This document shows, piece by piece, positions 31,517 through 40,792 of a stretch of 64,000 nucleotides of DNA. The notes beneath the pieces were generated by a model. That model did not search any database, was not told where the DNA came from, and saw nothing but the letters and a program-made list of their open reading frames with translations. Source of the stretch: Candidatus Omnitrophota bacterium (GTDB taxonomy: Bacteria > Omnitrophota > Gorgyraeia > Zapsychrales > Fredricksoniimonadaceae); contig CAJARJ010000002.1 of assembly GCA_903944345.1 (NCBI GenBank), positions 65,969-129,968 of the forward strand. Reading direction: 5' to 3'. The first letter of the stretch is position 1. Each line of letters starts with the position of its first letter. A program made the translations under genes and the position numbers.

Positions 31517-32137
31517 TCAACCCCGGGCCTGCCAGACAGGGTGAGCAGCAATCCGGCCCAAAGCCTGGCGCAACAGGGTCTTGCCCGGTTCCTTGCGATG
31601 CCAGGGGGACGCGCCTGAGGGGTGAGGGAGAGGAACCACATCAAATGACACCGCAGCACGGCTTGCCTGAAAAGGTCGCCCGATCATATGCTCCAGCTTC
31701 TCTGCAGGCAAAAAGCAGCTAATCGCCAGACGCCCCACAGGGATCACCAGTCCGGGACGAAGGATTTGTATCTCCTGAGTAAGCCAGTCTGCACAATTCT
31801 CAACCTCAACCGGAGAAGGCACACGATCACCACCTGCAGGAATCTTACCGGGAAAACAACGGCAGACCGCCGCCATGTAAACCGATGAACGAAAACACTC
31901 TTCGCTTGTTCCGCAAAACTCTTCAAACCAGCGAAATAAAGTTTTCCCCGCAGTCCAGGCAAAAGGACGGCCTAACAGCGGCTCCTTATCCCCCGGAGCC
32001 TGCCCAACCAGAAGCACCCGGCTCAGAACGGGCCCCCCGCTGACGACCGGAGGATGCATTAAAGGACATTTTCGGCAGTTGCGCAGGAGGCGTACATGTT
32101 CTTCCAGCTTTTGTTGCTCCTTTTTACTGAAAGACAC
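31517..32137 (-). CDS. Uracil-DNA glycosylase superfamily protein
   Basis: CRKC, VGQAPG, RPFA, CFPGK, LPHPSGAS. Confidence 0.9.
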   Translation of the reverse strand: MSFSKKEQQKLEEHVRLLRNCRKCPLMHPPVVSGGPVLSRVLLVGQAPGDKEPLLGRPFAWTAGKTLFRWFEEFCGTSEECFRSSVYMAAVCRCFPGKIPAGGDRVPSPVEVENCADWLTQEIQILRPGLVIPVGRLAISCFLPAEKLEHMIGRPFQASRAAVSFDVVPLPHPSGASPWHRKEPGKTLLRQALGRIAAHPVWQARG

Positions 32138-32175
32138 GAAATCCTCCCGAGAAATCCTGATAAGCTCAAAACACC

Positions 32176-33765
32176 TCAGCCTCTTCTCAACCAGACCAGC
32201 AAACCGGCGACAAGAATGCCGACCGGCAACAGAAAAAGAATCGAGGCCACTACACGTTTCTGCCGGCTGGTCAAATTAAGGGCTTCGATCTTCACTCCTT
32301 TTCGATCCTGAAAAACACGATAATCCAGTTCCGAAAGCCAGTTGATAGCATTCATTCCCAGCGCACCGTTGCTGTACTGGTCAATATAGGCATTGGTCAG
32401 GAAATCCGCGTCGGTAAAAACCATAAAACGGGTATCGCTGCGCTCTGCCCCTTCCTTGTCTTCCATCCCGACATACGCCAACGCCACCGGTCCGGGCACA
32501 TCAATGCCCTCATCATAAAAAACCTTGAGCGTCCGGCTGGTTTCGCCCCAGCTTTTATCTTCTGTCGCGGTCAGAATCGCGGGCACCAGCTTGATCGTCG
32601 GCCGTCGGGGAACAAGGCTGATCGAACGCGGACGGACAAAAAAAGTATAGTCCAGTCCCTGGGTAATCGCTTTATGCGGCAGATAATTTCTGGTTGCCGG
32701 GCTGCCAACATCTTCTCCGGCGTGGCTGACCAGATCAACCACAATATCATCCCCGATACGCAACCCCCAGCTGTTAAGCAGCTCGTTAAGGGAAGGATTC
32801 CTGCGCAAGTCCTCCGGATTCAGCGGCTGGTCCGGCGTAGTCACAACAACATGTTCAATCATAAACAGCACATCACCGCCGGCTTTCATATAAAAATCGA
32901 TATGCCCGCGGTCAGCCGCTGTTAATTCGTCGCGCGGCCCGGCAATCACCAGCACATCACAGTCCTCGGCCACGCGGTTTTCCTGAGCCAAAAGAAGCTC
33001 CCGACTGTGAATATTGCTGGCCTCCAGCAGTTCGGCCAGCCGGCTCAGGCCCTGATCAGACTTGTCTTGCAGGGAAGGTTCCTGATGGCCGGTCAGAAAA
33101 CAGGCCTGCCGGGGGGGGCGGGTGACCCGCACAATGGCATTGGTCAACTGTTCTTCGCTTAAAGGCTTGTCGGAAAAATCCACATCCCGGCGTTCCTTGC
33201 CGGATTGCACCACTACTTTTTCCTGACGGCCATCTATAATATTGCCAAAACGGGCGGCATAACCAATCTCCTGAACAGGATCTATAATGGCCGTCGTTAT
33301 CCGTCCGGAAGAAAGCCGTTCATATTCCCGAAAAAGATCCTCAAGATATGATGGCGGAAAACCGGGAACCAGAGCCGTAATCTCGATATCACCGGGAAGA
33401 TTCTGAATAAAATCCGCAGTGGCCGGCGTTAATGTATGCTGGCGCGCCCGGGTCAAATCCAGTCGCCAGGAAAAACGTGCCGCTCCCGCATTGATCAAAA
33501 ACCAGGTTAGCAGCACCAATAGTGTCAACGCGACCCCCCAAACCCTGCCCGCCCAGCACGCCTTTGTTCCGGGTGTGCGCAACGCCCCGCCTGAAAAAAG
33601 AAACGCGGCCCCCAGGCCCACTCCCGAAATGAAACAGACAACTCCCGCCCAGTGCAACCGCTGTTCCACATAACAAAAAACAAGTCCCAGTGCCGCCAGC
33701 AACACAGCGGCCGCCACAAGGATGGCTCGCATATTACGGTTATGAAAATCTATTCCTGATGCCAC
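32176..33765 (-). CDS. GldG-like ABC-type transporter auxiliary component
   Basis: DLTRARQHTL, FLTGHQE, LVIAGP, DADFLTN, NAINWL, C-terminal TM ending WLRR. Confidence 0.85.
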   Translation of the reverse strand: MASGIDFHNRNMRAILVAAAVLLAALGLVFCYVEQRLHWAGVVCFISGVGLGAAFLFSGGALRTPGTKACWAGRVWGVALTLLVLLTWFLINAGAARFSWRLDLTRARQHTLTPATADFIQNLPGDIEITALVPGFPPSYLEDLFREYERLSSGRITTAIIDPVQEIGYAARFGNIIDGRQEKVVVQSGKERRDVDFSDKPLSEEQLTNAIVRVTRPPRQACFLTGHQEPSLQDKSDQGLSRLAELLEASNIHSRELLLAQENRVAEDCDVLVIAGPRDELTAADRGHIDFYMKAGGDVLFMIEHVVVTTPDQPLNPEDLRRNPSLNELLNSWGLRIGDDIVVDLVSHAGEDVGSPATRNYLPHKAITQGLDYTFFVRPRSISLVPRRPTIKLVPAILTATEDKSWGETSRTLKVFYDEGIDVPGPVALAYVGMEDKEGAERSDTRFMVFTDADFLTNAYIDQYSNGALGMNAINWLSELDYRVFQDRKGVKIEALNLTSRQKRVVASILFLLPVGILVAGLLVWLRRG

Positions 33766-34466
33766 AAACGTTCCTCCAGACTCAAAAGCGTCAGCACAAG
33801 ACACAACAGAATCCCGGCCGGATAATACACGAGGTCGCCAGCCGTAACCAAGCCAGCGGAGAAATTCTCCAGATGTCCTGCTGTGGCGATCTGACGGAAA
33901 ACTTCACCCGCCGGGCCACTAAAATATTTCACAAAAGCAGACGAAAAATACAACAAGAAAAGAATTCCGTATGCGGTTATGGCCGCTACAAGTTGATTGG
34001 CTGTCCAGGAAGAGGCCATAACCCCGACAGCAACAAAAAACGACCCCTCCAGCCATATCCCGACGTAGCCGCTAGCCACAACCCCGCGATCGGGCGTGCC
34101 AAAATATTCAATGATTCCATAATAAACAAAGGTCAGCGCAATCAGGAGCGTATAAAAAGCCAGTATCCCGGCATATTTCCCCAGAACAATCGACACCGTT
34201 CGCAAAGGGGCTGTGCGCAGAAGCTCCATGGTCCCGGAAGAACGTTCTTCGGCAAAAGTCCGCATCGTCAAGAGCGGCACAATAAAAAGCAGCATAAACT
34301 CCATAGCCTGAAAAACGCTTTTGAGCACCGCCTCCCGATCCTGATCAATGATCATAAAAAAGAAAATGCTGAAAATCCCGCTGGCCAGCACAAGCACAAT
34401 ATAGGCCATCGCAGAAGTAAAGCAGGCTGCCAGCTCCTTGTGGGCAATCGCCAGCGCTTTATTCAA
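33750..34466 (-). CDS. GldF-like ABC-2 permease
   Basis: PLLTMRTFAEERSSGTMELLRTAP, IVLGKY; TTG start behind AGGAGG. Confidence 0.88.
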   Translation of the reverse strand: MNKALAIAHKELAACFTSAMAYIVLVLASGIFSIFFFMIIDQDREAVLKSVFQAMEFMLLFIVPLLTMRTFAEERSSGTMELLRTAPLRTVSIVLGKYAGILAFYTLLIALTFVYYGIIEYFGTPDRGVVASGYVGIWLEGSFFVAVGVMASSWTANQLVAAITAYGILFLLYFSSAFVKYFSGPAGEVFRQIATAGHLENFSAGLVTAGDLVYYPAGILLCLVLTLLSLEERLWHQE

Positions 34467-35196
34467 GAGGCACCTCCTGATCTTGCGCGTGACAACGGAT
34501 AAAAATATCCTCCAGGGTTGTCCCCTCGGGGGATGCACCCAGAAGCTCCGGCAGCCGGCCATCCAGAACAATGGCTCCGCGCCGAATCACCAAAACTCGC
34601 TGGGCGGTTTGTTCTATTTCGGGAAGAATATGGGTACTTAAAAGAACTGTCCGCTCGTGCCGCAGGGACATGATCAACCGGCGCACTTGCAGAATCTGGA
34701 TGGGATCCAGCCCGCTGGTAGGCTCGTCAAGCAGAAGCAACTTTGGCTCATGAATAATGGCCTGGGCAATCCCGACCCGCTGACGCGTTCCTTTGGAAAG
34801 GACTGCAATAACCCGGTCGCGAGAATCCTCCAGCTGGCACTCGGCCAGCACCCGGTCAACCTGAACGGTGATCCTGCGCACAGGAACATCCTTGATCCGG
34901 GCGGTAAAACGCAGGTAGTCCCTCACGGTCATACCGGGATAAAGCGGCGGAGTCTCCGGCAAATAACCGATGTTCGCGCGCACCTTGAAAGACTGCCGGA
35001 CAATATCGGCTCCGTCAATCTCGACTGTCCCTGAAGAAGGCGGGAAATAGGCGGACAGGATTCGCATCAACGTGGTTTTGCCGGCTCCGTTCTGTCCAAG
35101 CAGGCCCACGATTTCACCCGGACGGATATGAAAAGAAATATCCTGAAGTATCCGGCGACTCCCGAGAAACTTTGTAATATTTCTGGCAACAATCAT
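34459..35196 (-). CDS. GldA-like ABC transporter ATP-binding protein
   Basis: GQNGAGKTT, LSKGTRQRVGIAQA, LDEPTSGLDP, STHILPE. Confidence 0.92.
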   Translation of the reverse strand: MIVARNITKFLGSRRILQDISFHIRPGEIVGLLGQNGAGKTTLMRILSAYFPPSSGTVEIDGADIVRQSFKVRANIGYLPETPPLYPGMTVRDYLRFTARIKDVPVRRITVQVDRVLAECQLEDSRDRVIAVLSKGTRQRVGIAQAIIHEPKLLLLDEPTSGLDPIQILQVRRLIMSLRHERTVLLSTHILPEIEQTAQRVLVIRRGAIVLDGRLPELLGASPEGTTLEDIFIRCHAQDQEVPLE

Positions 35197-35224
35197 GCTG
35201 TCTTTTCCGTTACGGCTGCACCTC

Positions 35225-38212
35225 TTAGCGTCCGCAGCACTTTTTGTATTTCTTGCCGCTACCGCAGGAACAAAGATCATTGCGTCCGACCTTGTTCAGC
35301 GCCGAAGGCTGATGCGCCACCGGAATATGCCTTGCCGGATCGCCGGCAGAATCTACAGTTATATCGCCGGCTTGCTGCGGATCAATCTTGCCGGTCAAAC
35401 CCGAAAAATCCTGGTGAACAAACTCCTGCCGGGAGCCAAAAACACTGCGTACAGGTTGCTCTTCCTGCGCGGGACGAATCTTGAAAATCATTTCGGCCAC
35501 ATCCACGTGAATGGTTTCAAACATTGTACGGAACATATGAAAACCTTCGCGCTTGTATTCCACAACCGGATCCCGCTGACCCAAAGCGCGCAAACCCACA
35601 CCTTCCTTCAGACGATCCATGGAATACAGATGCTCTTTCCATTTGGAATCGATGGTATGCAGAAGAAACATCCGCTCCAGCTGACGAATATGCGCGGAAC
35701 CGATCTCCTTCTCTTTCTTTTCGTAACAACCGCTCAGCAGAGCAAACAATGAACCGGAAGCTTCCGCAACCGACACGCCTTCAAGCATCTTGAAGGACGC
35801 GCGAATGTCCACGCCAAACTTGTTGAAGCAATATTCCGCCAGCCCGGTAAGATCCGGCGTCTTGCCGCCTTCATCCGACAGAAAACGCTCTGTCGCGTCA
35901 TCCACGGTCGAAGCCACCGACTCAAGAATAAGTTCGCGCGTATCTTCGCCTTCTATAATCGAACGCCGCAGGCTGTAAATAACCTCACGCTGCCGGTTCA
36001 TGGTGGAATCATATTCCAGAAGCTGCTTGCGGATTTCAAAATTGAAACCTTCCACTCTTTTTTGCGCAATCTCGATAGCCTTGGAAACCATGCCGGACTC
36101 GATCATTTCACCGGCCTCAAACCCGAAGTGCCCCATCATGGCCTTGATACGGTCACCGGCAAACAGGCGCATCAGATCGTCTTCCAGCGACACATAAAAA
36201 CGCGAAGCACCCGGATCGCCCTGCCGGCCGGAACGGCCGCGCAGCTGATTGTCTATACGCCGCGACTCGTGCCGTTCGGTTCCGATAATATGCAGCCCGC
36301 CAGCCTGCGTCACCTGTTCGCGTTCTTTCTTGACCGCCTCCCGGAACTGAGCGACAAACTGCGCGGTCAAATCTTCCTGCGAAGGAGCTTCCTGATTATT
36401 TGCTTTGGCTTCCTCGAATTTCTGGAAAGCCAGCGCACGCGCCATAAACTCGGCATTGCCTCCGAGCATAATGTCGGTGCCGCGTCCGGCCATATTGGTG
36501 GCAATGGTGACCGCCTTGAAGCGCCCTGCCTGGGAAATAATAGAGGCTTCCAGTTCATGATATTTGGCATTCAGAACCTGATGCCGGACTCCGCGTGCCT
36601 TGAGCAAGCGGGAGATGTACTCGGACTTTTCAATGGAAACCGTACCGACAAGAACCGGTTGCCCTTTTTCATGGCACACCTCAATCTCCTGGACTACCGC
36701 TTCATACTTTTCCTGCTGGCTGCGAAAAACACAATCCGGGTGATTAATCCTCTGCAGTGGACGATTGGTAGGAATCACCACCACATCCAGGCTGTAAATC
36801 TGCTTGAATTCATTGGCTTCCGTATAGGCCGTTCCGGTCATGCCCGAAAGCTTGTTGTACATACGAAAATAATTCTGGAACGTGATCGTGGCCAGAGTCT
36901 GGTTTTCCCGCTCGATCTTGATGCCTTCTTTTGCTTCCACCGCCTGGTGGAGGCCGTCCGACCAGCGGCGGCCGGGCATCATGCGTCCGGTAAATTCGTC
37001 GACAATCAGCACCTTGCCATCGCGAACAACATAGTCAATATCGGCACGAAAAAACTCCTTGGCGCGCAAGGATTGCAGCACATGATGACGATACTCGACG
37101 GTATCCATATCATGGAGATTCTTGACCCCGAACAAGCTGGCGGCTTTTTCCTCACCAGATTCGGTCAGGGCCACCGACTTGTTTTTTTCATCCGCCAGAT
37201 AATCATAGCCTTCACCGAGATTAACGCCCTTGTGCTTGGCATCCACTTCATCCGACTCGGTGATACGCCGGCCCTTGAGCTGGAGGGATATCTGCTGGGC
37301 CCGGTAATACTTGTCGGTGGATTCTTCCGCCGGGCCGGAAATAATCAGCGGCGTACGCGCCTCGTCAACAAGAATGCTGTCAACCTCGTCAACAATGGCG
37401 AAGTGATGCCCGCGCTGGACCATTTCGTCCTTGTACATGACCATGTTGTCGCGCAAATAATCAAAACCAAACTCGTTGTTGGTGCCATAAGCAATATCCG
37501 CGTTATACGCCAGCTGACGCTGCTGCGGTGTCATGTCATGCTGGATCACCCCGACAGTAAGCCCTAGAAACTCGTACAGCGGCCCCATCCATTCCCGGTC
37601 ACGGCGGGCGAGATAATCGTTAACCGTCACCACATGCACCCCGTCACCGGTCAGCGCATTAAGATACGCGGGCAAGGTTGCCATCAGGGTTTTCCCCTCA
37701 CCGGTGGTCATTTCGGCAATATTCCCGTAATGCAAAACCATTCCGCCAATAAGCTGCACATCAAAATGACGCATCCCCATCACCCGTCGTCCGGCCTCGC
37801 GTACCACCGCAAAGGCCTCGGGAAGAATAACATCCAGAGCCCGCCACTTGGCTTGCAGAAGAGCCTTCTCCCGACGCTTGGATTCTTCCTTGGCGGCCTG
37901 GCGTTCATCGATGGTCGGCGCCTTCACCCACGCCTCGCGGGACTGGCGCAAATCCTCGACTTCTTTTGCAATGAGCTCTTTGATACGTTCCCGGAAACGC
38001 GCGGTCTGCCCCTGAAGTTCCGCGGTGGTCAGTTTTTCTGTCTGCGGCTCCAGCTGATTGATCAAGGAAACCTTGTCCGCCAAGCGACGAACCTCTTTGA
38101 TGGACGGCAAGGGGGCATCTTCACTCAAATGAATATTAACTTTAGGATCCAGCCGGGCGATATGTTTGCGCGCCGCATTAAGGACCGGTTTCTTGATAAA
38201 CATTTCGATCAT
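35225..38212 (-). CDS. secA: Preprotein translocase SecA
   Basis: MTTGEGKTL, DEVDSILVDEARTPLIISG, RRIDNQLRGRSGRQGDPG, SEC-C motif CSCGSGKKYKKCC. Confidence 0.98.
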   Translation of the reverse strand: MIEMFIKKPVLNAARKHIARLDPKVNIHLSEDAPLPSIKEVRRLADKVSLINQLEPQTEKLTTAELQGQTARFRERIKELIAKEVEDLRQSREAWVKAPTIDERQAAKEESKRREKALLQAKWRALDVILPEAFAVVREAGRRVMGMRHFDVQLIGGMVLHYGNIAEMTTGEGKTLMATLPAYLNALTGDGVHVVTVNDYLARRDREWMGPLYEFLGLTVGVIQHDMTPQQRQLAYNADIAYGTNNEFGFDYLRDNMVMYKDEMVQRGHHFAIVDEVDSILVDEARTPLIISGPAEESTDKYYRAQQISLQLKGRRITESDEVDAKHKGVNLGEGYDYLADEKNKSVALTESGEEKAASLFGVKNLHDMDTVEYRHHVLQSLRAKEFFRADIDYVVRDGKVLIVDEFTGRMMPGRRWSDGLHQAVEAKEGIKIERENQTLATITFQNYFRMYNKLSGMTGTAYTEANEFKQIYSLDVVVIPTNRPLQRINHPDCVFRSQQEKYEAVVQEIEVCHEKGQPVLVGTVSIEKSEYISRLLKARGVRHQVLNAKYHELEASIISQAGRFKAVTIATNMAGRGTDIMLGGNAEFMARALAFQKFEEAKANNQEAPSQEDLTAQFVAQFREAVKKEREQVTQAGGLHIIGTERHESRRIDNQLRGRSGRQGDPGASRFYVSLEDDLMRLFAGDRIKAMMGHFGFEAGEMIESGMVSKAIEIAQKRVEGFNFEIRKQLLEYDSTMNRQREVIYSLRRSIIEGEDTRELILESVASTVDDATERFLSDEGGKTPDLTGLAEYCFNKFGVDIRASFKMLEGVSVAEASGSLFALLSGCYEKKEKEIGSAHIRQLERMFLLHTIDSKWKEHLYSMDRLKEGVGLRALGQRDPVVEYKREGFHMFRTMFETIHVDVAEMIFKIRPAQEEQPVRSVFGSRQEFVHQDFSGLTGKIDPQQAGDITVDSAGDPARHIPVAHQPSALNKVGRNDLCSCGSGKKYKKCCGR

Positions 38213-39321
38213 ACGGCGTCTCCCTGTTTTCCGTCGGGTCTCATTTTCAAGAAAGCTTCTATAAACATATCGATATCTCCGTCCATAACCTTCTGCACAT
38301 TTCCTGTTTCAGCGTCGGTACGATGATCCTTGACCATCTGATAAGGCTGCATGACATAGGAGCGAATCTGGCTGCCCCACTCGATCTTCTGTTTCTGGCC
38401 CGACTCGGCCGCAAGCTTTTTGTCAAATTCCTGCTGTTTAAGTTCAAACAGTTTGGCCTTGAGCACTTTCATGCAACGGGCCTTGTTCTGCAGCTGGGAG
38501 CGCTCGACCTGGCTCTGGGTCACAATACCGGTAGGCATGTGGGTAATCCGCACCGCCGAATCCGCAGTATTGACACTTTGCCCCCCCGGCCCGGAAGAAC
38601 GAAAAACATCAACCTTCAGGTCGTCGGGATTGATCTCGACTTCAATATCATCATCAATCTCGGGGATCACATCCACCGAGGCAAACGAAGTGTGCCGGCG
38701 CTTGTTGGCGTCAAAAGGCGAGATCCGTACCAGGCGGTGCACACCCTTCTCGGCCTTAAGATAACCATAGGCTTTCTCGCCCTCGATACGCACCGAAACA
38801 TTCTTGAGACCCGCGTCTTCTCCGGCCAGAACATCATAAACATCCACCTTGAAGCCTTTGTTCTCGGCCCAACGGGTGTACATGCGAAACAGCATACTGG
38901 TCCAGTCACAGGACTCTGTCCCCCCCGCGCCTGAGTTCAGATTCAGAAGGGCATTGCAGTTATCGTAAGGCCCCGAAAGCAGAACCTGAATCTCGAAACG
39001 ATCAACCTCCTGCTCCAGCTGGGAGGCCTCCTGCTCCAGGGACTGCTCCATCCCGGAATCGCCATCAGCCATATCCAGCAGCTCGCGGGCATCCTGCACA
39101 CGCTTTTGCAAATCCATGGAAGGCTCGTTCACCGCTTTAAGGGCCTTAAGCTCGCGGATCATCCGGTTGGCGTTATCCTGATTATTCCAGAAATCCGCGG
39201 CTGTCATTTTGTCGTCAATCTCGCGGATGCGGGCCGCCATGACCGGCAAATCAAGAAAACCCCGAAGATCGGACAGTTTCTGGGCCAGAGCGTTAATTCT
39301 GCGAGACAATAATTCGTTCAT
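38209..39321 (-). CDS. prfB: Peptide chain release factor 2, no programmed frameshift
   Basis: SPF motif (RISPFDAN), GGQ; single uninterrupted ORF. Confidence 0.96.
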   Translation of the reverse strand: MNELLSRRINALAQKLSDLRGFLDLPVMAARIREIDDKMTAADFWNNQDNANRMIRELKALKAVNEPSMDLQKRVQDARELLDMADGDSGMEQSLEQEASQLEQEVDRFEIQVLLSGPYDNCNALLNLNSGAGGTESCDWTSMLFRMYTRWAENKGFKVDVYDVLAGEDAGLKNVSVRIEGEKAYGYLKAEKGVHRLVRISPFDANKRRHTSFASVDVIPEIDDDIEVEINPDDLKVDVFRSSGPGGQSVNTADSAVRITHMPTGIVTQSQVERSQLQNKARCMKVLKAKLFELKQQEFDKKLAAESGQKQKIEWGSQIRSYVMQPYQMVKDHRTDAETGNVQKVMDGDIDMFIEAFLKMRPDGKQGDAV

Positions 39322-39327
39322 GCTTCC

Positions 39328-40404
39328 TCACACGCTAAACCGGAAATACACCACATCGCCCTCCTGCATCTCATAATCCTTGCCCTCGAGGGTGATCTTT
39401 TTGGCTTCCTGGACCGCTTTATAGGATCCCAACTCGACCATATCTTTATAGCGGTAAATCTCGGCCCGAATAAATCCGCGCTCAATATCACTGTGAATTT
39501 TTCCCGCCGCCCTGGATGCCTTGGTGCCCTTGTTGATCAGCCAGGCGCGGGTTTCCTGTTCACCGGCGGTAAAAAAACAGGTCAACCCCAACATTTCCCG
39601 TCCGGCCTGCGCCAGACGCTGCAGGCCCGGAGAACCGATACCGGCGGCATCATAGTATTCCTTGCGCTCTTCCGGCGGCAACTGCACGATCTCGGCCTCA
39701 AACTTGGTGCACAAGGCAATCATGGCCGCACCGTCTTTCTGCGCGCGGGCGCGCAGGACATCCAGAAGTCCCTCGTCGGGAGCGCCTTCTCCGGTATTGG
39801 CCACATACAAGACCGGCTTGGCCGTAATAAACTGGAATTCCGCGGCCACCAGCGGATCCGCCGTCTTGAGCGCCCGCACCGGTACTCCCTGATCAAGGCT
39901 TTTGACCACCAGATCCAAAAACTCGCATTTGGCCTTGGCTTCCTTGTCGCCGCACTTGGCCGGACGCAGCCATTTGTCCAAGGCTTTCTGCGCCTGCTGA
40001 AGATCGGAGAGCATGAGCTCTGTCTCAATAATATCAACCGCCTCGCCGGGATCAAGGTCGTTCATGACATTGACCACATTGTCGTCACGGAAACAGCGCA
40101 CCACATGCGCGATAGCATCCACCGAACGGATATTACCCAAAAACTGATTGCCCAACCCTTCACCCTGGCTGGCGCCCTTGACCAGTCCGGCAATATCCAC
40201 AAAACGGATACCCGCCGGAGTGATTTTAGCCGAATTCCATTCTTCCGCCAAACGAACAAGCCTTTCGTCAGGAATCGGCACCACACCGACATTCGGTTCA
40301 ATGGTGGTAAAAGGAAAATTCGAAGCCGCCGCGGCCGCGCCGGTCAAGGCATTAAAAAGAGTGGACTTGCCCACATTGGGCAGCCCGACAATACCGATTT
40401 CCAT
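39328..40404 (-). CDS. ychF: Redox-regulated ATPase YchF
   Basis: GLPNVGKST, FPFTTIEPN, DIAGLVKGASQGEGLGNQFL, TGS domain. Confidence 0.97.
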   Translation of the reverse strand: MEIGIVGLPNVGKSTLFNALTGAAAAASNFPFTTIEPNVGVVPIPDERLVRLAEEWNSAKITPAGIRFVDIAGLVKGASQGEGLGNQFLGNIRSVDAIAHVVRCFRDDNVVNVMNDLDPGEAVDIIETELMLSDLQQAQKALDKWLRPAKCGDKEAKAKCEFLDLVVKSLDQGVPVRALKTADPLVAAEFQFITAKPVLYVANTGEGAPDEGLLDVLRARAQKDGAAMIALCTKFEAEIVQLPPEERKEYYDAAGIGSPGLQRLAQAGREMLGLTCFFTAGEQETRAWLINKGTKASRAAGKIHSDIERGFIRAEIYRYKDMVELGSYKAVQEAKKITLEGKDYEMQEGDVVYFRFSV

Positions 40405-40446
40405 AAATTCCTTGCTGCTGAGCGATTAGTGTTATCAAGCGAAAGG

Positions 40447-40779
40447 TTATCTTACCTTCCGGGGGGCATTCTGTCCAAGGAAAATACGGACAAATGCCTC
40501 CTGAAGTTCTCGTTCAAGACGGATCAGTTCTTCCTTGCGGCCGTCCTTCCGGCCAAAATAGGCGCCCACAGAACCGTTCGTGTGAACAACCCGGTGACAG
40601 GGAACAAGAAGAGGATACGGATTGCGACGCAAGGCCTGCCCCACCGCGCGCACGGCTTTGGGTTTCCCGATTTTGGCCGCTACCCACGCATAGGTGCGTG
40701 TTTCACCGAAAGGAATTTCTGTAACAACCCTGAAAACTTCACGCTGGAATGCGGTCAATCGCGGATTCCCTGTGTCCAT
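40447..40779 (-). CDS. O6-methylguanine-DNA methyltransferase (C-terminal domain only)
   Basis: IPFGETRTY, RAVGQAL, VPCHRVV with the active-site Cys. Confidence 0.9.
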   Translation of the reverse strand: MDTGNPRLTAFQREVFRVVTEIPFGETRTYAWVAAKIGKPKAVRAVGQALRRNPYPLLVPCHRVVHTNGSVGAYFGRKDGRKEELIRLERELQEAFVRIFLGQNAPRKVR

Positions 40780-40792
40780 AAACAAATGCCTT

